This document shows, one piece after another, positions 57,556 through 64,000 of a DNA stretch of 64,000 nucleotides; position 1 is the first letter of the stretch; every line of letters begins with the position of its first letter. The notes under the pieces are model-generated. The model did no database searches. It was not told the DNA's origin and saw only the letters and a list, made by a program, of their open reading frames with translations. The stretch covers positions 1 to 64,000 of IMG/VR virus record IMGVR_UViG_3300013383_000025; one strand, written 5' to 3'. A program made the position numbers and the translations under genes. The DNA comes from a virus. Its lineage: Duplodnaviria > Caudoviricetes.

Positions 57556-57570
57556 GATGTTTTTTTTTGT

Positions 57571-58074
57571 TTATTCTCCAGTGGAACCGAATCCGTTTCC
57601 GCCTCTAGCGGTTTCTTCAAGCTCGTCCACAATATCAAATTCTGCCTGATAATATTTTCTAACTGCCATTTGTGCCACTCTATCTCTGTTATTTACGAAA
57701 ATATAATCATCGCTAGTATTAAGTAGAATCACAATGATCTCAGAATTGTAATCATTATCTACAATACCACCAATCGGGATTAGCCCTTTGCTTGCTAGAC
57801 CAGACCGCTGTAGAATTTGTAACATATATCCTTCAGGCGGCTGAAATGCCCATCCAGTAGGAATCTTGATGGTGCTATGAGGCGCAATGCCCACACGCTG
57901 AATCGGGCCGTTTTCATTGCCACTAATATTGCGCACTTCTACATCCGGATTAAGCGTGATGCAATGGTCACTTAAATCTGCATATAAATCCATACAAGCC
58001 GCGCGTTCGCTACCATAAGTAGGTAACTTGGCAGTATCGGTTATGCGCTTTGCTTTAATCTTCATTTGGTTCAT
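57571..58074 (-). CDS. dut: Trimeric dUTPase
   Basis: AACMDL, QRSGLA, GIVDNDY, RVAQ, RGGNGFGSTG. Confidence 0.93.
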   Translation of the reverse strand: MNQMKIKAKRITDTAKLPTYGSERAACMDLYADLSDHCITLNPDVEVRNISGNENGPIQRVGIAPHSTIKIPTGWAFQPPEGYMLQILQRSGLASKGLIPIGGIVDNDYNSEIIVILLNTSDDYIFVNNRDRVAQMAVRKYYQAEFDIVDELEETARGGNGFGSTGE

Positions 58075-58675
58075 ATCCTCTCTGTGTTAGTTCTAGGAAT
58101 TGAGGCAAACCTTCGCAAAAATCACAAAACATCTGCCAGTCAGGAAGCGCGTGATGCCGTCTCTGCTGATATACAGTTTTAAGCTGACGATAATTGGTGG
58201 TCATTGCGGCTGTAAGCTCAAATCCGCTAGGGATATTATACAGCATCTCAAGTCGTGCTTCTTTCAGTGTATTGTCTGATACAGCAATCCCCTCTTTGCG
58301 TACTTTGAGTAGACGGTTATATTCATCAATCTTTTCATTCAACACATCGATGGCTCTTGGGTCAACATAGCGGTTGCATTGCATTCTGGGTTTCATGTTT
58401 TGCAGTTTATGCATTGTAGAGCAAGAGGATACAAAGTCAAAGAAGTGATATCTTTGCAATTCTGGCCATGCCTTCTGACTGAATGTGAGGTCAAATTGAA
58501 CAATGATGCCGTTTAGAGCATTATCATGCCCTTCTCCGGTTGGACAATTCAAGCAAGCCTTAATACCCTTAGTAAGCTCGGCGGTCAAGCCGTCAAGCTC
58601 AACCGCCTTTGGATACTTAGCTGCTCTAATCGCCTCATCTAGTCCATATACACGAACATTAGATACACTTGGCAA
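58055..58675 (-). CDS. ThyX-like (flavin-dependent thymidylate synthase fold) protein
   Basis: ELQRYHF..VSSCSTMH...TNYRQLK..Y.QRR.H.L.DW; canonical RHR motif not present. Confidence 0.55.
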   Translation of the reverse strand: MPSVSNVRVYGLDEAIRAAKYPKAVELDGLTAELTKGIKACLNCPTGEGHDNALNGIIVQFDLTFSQKAWPELQRYHFFDFVSSCSTMHKLQNMKPRMQCNRYVDPRAIDVLNEKIDEYNRLLKVRKEGIAVSDNTLKEARLEMLYNIPSGFELTAAMTTNYRQLKTVYQQRRHHALPDWQMFCDFCEGLPQFLELTQRGYEPNED

Positions 58676-58930
58676 TTAGTAGTCCTCCTCACTGTCCGTT
58701 TCATCATCTCGAATGACGTATACGTCGACAAATCCTGTTGCCCCACTGTCATACAGGTCATATTCGACATTGCGTACTAGATATCTAGCACCTAGCCCAT
58801 CTTCTGTTGGTAGCCAGACGTGCTCACCAATGCGTGGCACTAGCATACGGGCGGCATGAGTGTATTCATATTGATGCTCTGGTTTACAACAATTTGCATG
58901 ATTGATAAAAAATCTTAGTAGGTACTCCAT
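58676..58930 (-). CDS. Hypothetical protein
   Basis: GGAGG RBS; VPRIGEHVWL. Confidence 0.7.
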   Translation of the reverse strand: MEYLLRFFINHANCCKPEHQYEYTHAARMLVPRIGEHVWLPTEDGLGARYLVRNVEYDLYDSGATGFVDVYVIRDDETDSEEDY

Positions 58931-58931
58931 C

Positions 58932-59156
58932 TCAATCCTCCCAATTATATGGCTTGCAGAAATAGGCAATTTCATCGCCTGAGATATATTTCTGCATGAC
59001 TACATACATCTCGCGGTCTTCGTCATCACCATCTAGGGGCAACCATAGTAGGTCACCTTTGTTTGGTTCGGACATGAGGTCAAGTTCATCACATGAGCAA
59101 ATCCAGTCCTCATCACCTAGTCGATTCTTATAGAAATTGATACGGGGTTCTGTCAT
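58932..59156 (-). CDS. Hypothetical protein
   Basis: AAGGAGG RBS; EPNKGDLLWL, similar to its neighbour. Confidence 0.7.
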   Translation of the reverse strand: MTEPRINFYKNRLGDEDWICSCDELDLMSEPNKGDLLWLPLDGDDEDREMYVVMQKYISGDEIAYFCKPYNWED

Positions 59157-59174
59157 TTGGTTAATCCTCCTTAT

Positions 59175-60713
59175 TTATTCGCACTTTGTATATCCACATG
59201 ACTTACAGGTGCAGCAACCGCCCTCAAACACAAGCGGTTCGCCACATTCAGGGCATACACCATTGTTCGTATTTAATACGTTTATTTTGCCAATCTCGGA
59301 TTTAATCGGTACTTTCTTTACCGGCTTATCGTCATCCTCTTTATCATCTAGCTCTGCTTGCATCTCATTATACATATCAACTAGAGCATTGCCAATAGCC
59401 ATGGGGCAACAAGACCCCTTACTGGTATCATGGTTGGTTGCTCTGCGCGTAGCATAAGAGGGGCATACACCTGTTGAATCAAGCTGGTCTTTGATGGTCA
59501 TAATATCTACACCGGCACGGCATAGTAGGCTGATTGCGCGACTCAGACCAACCATGAAATTCTGGCATCCGCCTGTCGAGCCTTTGTTGAAATATACCTC
59601 TTGTAGACTGCCGTCAATAGGGTCAAAGAAGCCGATGACGTGTAAGCTGCCACATCCTGTCTGAATCTTGCGCTTTTTGCCAATCAGGTCATTGCTTGGC
59701 TCGATGATTGAACCGCGAGGGAGAGTTGGTGGTTCCATCGATTCAGATTTTTCTTCGCCTTGCTTATTATCAGTCAGCAAAATGCCCTGACGAATAGCAT
59801 TAGGTCTAAAGATGGTGCAACCCTTAATGCCTTTTTCCCAACATTGCATATAAATGTCCTTGACTTCATCAAACGATGCTTCAGTAGGAACGTTGATTGT
59901 CTTGCTGACGCTCATGTCGGTATATTTGCTAATAATAGCAAGCATGGCTACATGGTCATCAACAGACATATTGAGCGCAGTCGGGAAAATATCATGCTCG
60001 TCAAAATCTAGGGACTTGCCTTCATCTTTTAGTTTATGGTATAGATAGTAAGCATAGTCCATCATCTTGACGATTTTGACATCCTTATCGTCTTGCCCGC
60101 CAATCTTTACCTTGCGGTCATAGCTCAGAGAGAAAATTGGCTCGATGCCACTAGAGCAGTTGTTACCAAACACCATGGAGATTGTGCCGCATGGTGCAAC
60201 TGCCTGAATCTTGGCATTACGAATACCGTACTCGGCCATTTCATCGAGAATACTATCCTCAAGCACATCCATAACATAACTACCACTCATATGCTTATCA
60301 GGCTCACACAAAGGGAAACAGCCCTTTTCTTTAGCAAGCTGCACAGAGGCATAATATTCAGCATTGGTAATCATCTGCATTAGAGATTCGACATAATCTC
60401 TAGCCTTCTTGCTATCATATTTCATGCCAAGCATAGCAAGCATATCTGCTAGACCGGTGACGCCAATACCAATAGTGCGCATACCCTTCTGATAATTCTC
60501 ATAAATCTTATCTGGAAATTTATTGACATCAATAATATCGTCGAGCATACGGACGGCAACAGAGATTGTGTCTCTTAGTGCCTCAGTATCAAGATGTGCC
60601 TGTTTAGTAAATGGGTTACGCACAAAATTATGAAGGAACAATGAACCAAGATTGCAAGCACCACCATACTGCGATGGGTCGATTGCGTTAATTGTTCCTG
60701 CTAGATATTCTGC
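59175..60713 (-). CDS. nrdJ: Class II (B12-dependent) ribonucleotide reductase, exon 2
   Basis: ACNLGS, APCGTIS..SSGIEP, VSKTIN, KGCTIFR; C-terminal TSCPD-like domain and Zn ribbon. Confidence 0.9.
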   Translation of the reverse strand, partial: AEYLAGTINAIDPSQYGGACNLGSLFLHNFVRNPFTKQAHLDTEALRDTISVAVRMLDDIIDVNKFPDKIYENYQKGMRTIGIGVTGLADMLAMLGMKYDSKKARDYVESLMQMITNAEYYASVQLAKEKGCFPLCEPDKHMSGSYVMDVLEDSILDEMAEYGIRNAKIQAVAPCGTISMVFGNNCSSGIEPIFSLSYDRKVKIGGQDDKDVKIVKMMDYAYYLYHKLKDEGKSLDFDEHDIFPTALNMSVDDHVAMLAIISKYTDMSVSKTINVPTEASFDEVKDIYMQCWEKGIKGCTIFRPNAIRQGILLTDNKQGEEKSESMEPPTLPRGSIIEPSNDLIGKKRKIQTGCGSLHVIGFFDPIDGSLQEVYFNKGSTGGCQNFMVGLSRAISLLCRAGVDIMTIKDQLDSTGVCPSYATRRATNHDTSKGSCCPMAIGNALVDMYNEMQAELDDKEDDDKPVKKVPIKSEIGKINVLNTNNGVCPECGEPLVFEGGCCTCKSCGYTKCE

Positions 60714-61616
60714 CACACATATTTAATGTGTTAGACTATATCTTATCCCTCGTCTTTACACGTTAGGGCAATCGCACTGCGTAAATTTATTTGGAGTTGC
60801 CAGTTTTCATCACTCATCCATACGGGTTGATACTCATATCCGAGATATAGTTTATACATCATACTATCAACCATATATGGTTTTATTAAATTGATAAATG
60901 TTTCATAACTAGACTGCTGAATGCGCAACCGTCTAAATTTATCTCTTTTAATAATTGAGCAATTAAGTCCGAATTTATCTTTGAGCATCTTGCTCATTGC
61001 TTCAACTGTTTCAAGAGAATATCTATCTGTGCAAATATTAATGCGTCTCGATCTAATATTATTAGTTGACTTACCTACAAGACAAACATATCCATCACTC
61101 ATATACCAATTGGCGAGTCCGTTTGGGGTCAGCCAACTTAATGCTTCTTTAGATGCTGTTCTATGTTTGTAGTCATCGTAGAAATGATGGTACTTTTTAG
61201 CGAAGTACGGATGAGCTTTAATGTATAATTCCCAATTATCTTTATGATTACATCCATTCGCCCATTTACCTTGATGGTAATTCACAACAATATCAAAATT
61301 AGAACAAGACTCTAAATCAGATTTAATCTTATAAATAAAATCCTTATTGATACTACTCATTCTAATAGCACGCTTAGTTACGCCGTTATCAATTCTTGCA
61401 TCTCCAAAAATAAGCCCTGTTAAATATCCTTTTAACTCTGAACTGTTCATACTATTATAGCCTCCTATAATTTCGTACCATATTAAATTTACATTAGTCG
61501 TTGAACCTTCCAACCTGTTGTTGGCTTGGCTGCTGATTAGCTTTAGCTTTCCAGCAATTCACGATTGATTATTTCCATTAGATTTCTCTAAAGCCCTGCA
61601 CTTTTTATCTAGGCTT
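60714..61616 (-). mobile_element. Group I intron in nrdJ with LAGLIDADG endonuclease
   Basis: P1 CCCTGT/GCAGGG; terminal G; AACGACTA and AAGATATAGTCT core; splicing restores SNPC-AEY. Confidence 0.93.
60743..61450 (-). CDS. Intron-encoded LAGLIDADG homing endonuclease
   Basis: LTGLIFGDA and LANWYMSDG motifs; AGGAGG RBS. Confidence 0.9.
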   Translation of the reverse strand: MNSSELKGYLTGLIFGDARIDNGVTKRAIRMSSINKDFIYKIKSDLESCSNFDIVVNYHQGKWANGCNHKDNWELYIKAHPYFAKKYHHFYDDYKHRTASKEALSWLTPNGLANWYMSDGYVCLVGKSTNNIRSRRINICTDRYSLETVEAMSKMLKDKFGLNCSIIKRDKFRRLRIQQSSYETFINLIKPYMVDSMMYKLYLGYEYQPVWMSDENWQLQINLRSAIALTCKDEG

Positions 61617-62438
61617 ACAGGGATTGCTGCATACAATTCTTTCTACATACCATGCAGGATTGCGGTTATTAGCATTATCCTCATAGAATACGCCCGGCTC
61701 ACCATTATCATATGCCATCTTCATGATTTCGTTCCAGATATCACGAGCTAGCACTAGCTTGGTAAACTGCTTATCCCACTTGGCTGGTGGTAACTTATTG
61801 CCCTTTTCATCATAAATAGGCCAATGCAACTGAACTTGACCATCGGCAATGACTAACTGCATAAAAGCATCATCTACAACTACGGATAGATTAAAATGAT
61901 TAAGCCGTCCTTCAGTTGCAGACTTGGCGCGTATAAATTCAAGGATGTCAGGATGATACACACTGAGCATACCCATGTTTGCGCCGCGCCTGCTACCTTG
62001 CTGCACCGTAGCTGTCTGAGCATTAAATACATCCATAAAACTAACTGGGCCAGATGCAATAGCGTCATTGCGCGTCTTATAGCCATTGGGAGCTAGATTA
62101 CTGAACGCATATCCAATGCCACCTCCGGCCTTATGTGTCATAGCGCCTAACTTAACCGCATCAAAAATCTGCTCCATACTATTGCCAATAATAGGCGCGA
62201 CAAAGCAATTATTGAGGGTTAGTTTTTCACCAACGCCAGCATTGCTCATGGTACGACCAGCAGGAAAGAAATAACCTTCTTTCATAATTGAGTAAAACTT
62301 ATCAGCCCACATATATGGCTTATCATCTTCTGCTCTAGCAATAAATTCAGCTACGCGCCATAGTTGCTCATCATATGACTCACCATCCTTTTGGTATCGG
62401 TCTTTCCAGATAGACTCATATACCTCATTTACAAACAA
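61617..62438 (-). CDS. nrdJ: Class II ribonucleotide reductase, exon 1 (spliced ~786 aa)
   Basis: FFPAGRT, LNNCFV, GGGIG, ASGPVSF, QGSRRGANM, NGEPG, SNPC. Confidence 0.9.
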
Positions 62439-62451
62439 TATATCATCCTCC

Positions 62452-62631
62452 TTATTTATCCTTAACATGAATAACAATATTTGGCTTATTTGTATCCATG
62501 TCAATTACTGTGTCAATGTGGTCAATGTCGTAGAGCTGGTTGCCAATGTGGATACGGACGTGCGCCGTATCTTCAGCCATTGTACGCATTTTCGACAAAT
62601 TGTTGATTAGTTGCTGTTTTGTCAATCGCAT
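62452..62631 (-). CDS. Hypothetical protein
   Basis: AAGGAGGT RBS; upstream TTGACA-17-TAATAT (62676-62648). Confidence 0.65.
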   Translation of the reverse strand: MRLTKQQLINNLSKMRTMAEDTAHVRIHIGNQLYDIDHIDTVIDMDTNKPNIVIHVKDK

Positions 62632-62653
62632 TACCTCCTTGTCATCTATATTA

Positions 62654-62872
62654 TCACGATTCGGTTGATTTGTCAAGAGTGATTTTTAGTGTTTGAACAT
62701 AATTATAAATTGAATCGGCACAATCTTGGCAAACATCACAAATGGTCAGCTCACAATTTTTTTGCCCGTATTTAAGGACGTTAACGCCAACTGCAGATTT
62801 AATTGACACGAGCCATCTCTCTCTATTATCAGTAATTAGTTTGCCACAAATATCACACGTTGTTCTCGTCAT
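62654..62872 (-). CDS. Zinc-finger hypothetical protein
   Basis: CDICGK...DVCQDC. Confidence 0.75.
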   Translation of the reverse strand: MTRTTCDICGKLITDNRERWLVSIKSAVGVNVLKYGQKNCELTICDVCQDCADSIYNYVQTLKITLDKSTES

Positions 62873-62874
62873 TT

Positions 62875-63261
62875 TTATTTCTCCATCAATTTATTCACAG
62901 CATCAACAAGCTCATTGATTTTATCAATCATCTTGCCATTATAAACAAACTTAACGTACTCTCCATCGCTAAAGTATTGCTTAAATTCAACCGTTTTATC
63001 TTTAATTCGTCCCTCTACTGGCAAGTCTTTTTCAAGATGTTCAATCTTCTTCTTTTCTTTCTTAGTGAAATCATATGCGCCGATACGAAGAAAATTATTT
63101 GTGACATTTAAGTCATTAACTTTAAAGGGCACAAGGTCTTCATCTTCGCAACGTACACGAACTACAATGTTCCCATCTCCCAAGTCTGAGACATTATCAA
63201 TATACCCGATATATCCAGCTCTTGTCTTAACATAATCCCCTACATGAAATTCATAATTCAT
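62875..63261 (-). CDS. Hypothetical protein
   Basis: FHVGDYV...KINELVDAVNKL. Confidence 0.75.
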   Translation of the reverse strand: MNYEFHVGDYVKTRAGYIGYIDNVSDLGDGNIVVRVRCEDEDLVPFKVNDLNVTNNFLRIGAYDFTKKEKKKIEHLEKDLPVEGRIKDKTVEFKQYFSDGEYVKFVYNGKMIDKINELVDAVNKLMEK

Positions 63262-64000
63262 TTAATCAACGCCATCCTTTAACACCTCTCTCAACCACGT
63301 ATTCCTACATTTTTCTTCCTGCACATTTAGTCCTGTCTCAATCGCCTCCATATCGCCAATTACTACTAGCCGCTCTTGCGCCCTTGACACCCCAGTATAT
63401 AGCAGGTTGCGCGAAATAAGCCGCATATGGCTTCTATCTACCACCACAATCACCGCCTTTGCTTGACAGCCCTGGCTGCTATGTGTGCTGATACAATATC
63501 CTAGCAACATCCTGCTGATATGCGCCTTATCAACTAGACAATCGCCACAATCAAAACGTACGACCATCTGCGGCATCTTATCATCAGGCTCAATATCCAT
63601 AACGCGCCCCATATCACCATTGGCTACAAACACCGTAGCCTCCCTATCGACAAGTGGCATACGATATTCATTCTTTTTATTGATGACCTTATCACCAACA
63701 CGGAACTTGACTTCCACGCCATTCATTGTCCAACCAACATCTGTAGGTGGATTTGGGTTAAATTTATCTTGGATATAATTGTTGATAACCAATGAGCCGC
63801 ATTGCCCCTTATTGAATGGCGACAGAATCAATATATCATCCTGCCCATAGCCACTAGCCAACAGAGCCGCATATTCTCGCTCAATTTGCTTGATTGGCAA
63901 TGTATCAATTTTAACAAACTTGTAATCCGTGAAAGTATCTGTCAGATGGCTACTATCACTATTTCGTACATCAGTAGCAATAGTTATAATGCCAGATGTG
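63262..64000 (-). CDS. RecD2-like SF1 helicase, C-terminal part (5' end outside window)
   Basis: FRVGDKV, NGDMG, GYCISTHSSQG, RNLLYTGVSRA; frame open to the window edge. Confidence 0.88.
   Translation of the reverse strand, partial: TSGIITIATDVRNSDSSHLTDTFTDYKFVKIDTLPIKQIEREYAALLASGYGQDDILILSPFNKGQCGSLVINNYIQDKFNPNPPTDVGWTMNGVEVKFRVGDKVINKKNEYRMPLVDREATVFVANGDMGRVMDIEPDDKMPQMVVRFDCGDCLVDKAHISRMLLGYCISTHSSQGCQAKAVIVVVDRSHMRLISRNLLYTGVSRAQERLVVIGDMEAIETGLNVQEEKCRNTWLREVLKDGVD

Noticed and set aside
8370-62438. Inteins as the explanation for the split genes
   Set aside because: Interruptions contain stop codons and group I RNA core motifs rather than in-frame C...HN protein insertions

Overview
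64 kb of a large tailed dsDNA phage (or prophage) with SPbeta-like gene order. The host is probably a gut Bacillota/Clostridia species (inferred from sigmaA-type promoters and AGGAGG RBSs). From left to right: an AT-rich noncoding zone and small leftward accessory genes (1-7.8 kb); a symmetric divergent promoter block; a YonO-like single-subunit RNA polymerase; two HU-like genes and a phosphoesterase; a promoter-driven, highly base-paired ~0.8-1 kb noncoding RNA candidate; terminase, portal, capsid and tail genes; a long tail-fibre/receptor-binding cluster containing a lysis cassette; and, convergent on the minus strand, HNH, dUTPase, ThyX-like, class II RNR and RecD-like genes. Four group I introns can be mapped by eye, in the RNAP, major tail protein, tape measure and nrdJ genes. 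Highlights: (1) the tape-measure intron carries no homing endonuclease but has its own promoter and two small paralog-like membrane-protein genes; (2) the large ornate ncRNA candidate at 14.2-15.2 kb; (3) three paralogous receptor-binding genes, two with poly-G tracts, one in frame (G10) and one frameshifted (G9), suggesting phase variation. All product calls come from motif recognition and synteny; no database searches or folding programs were run.
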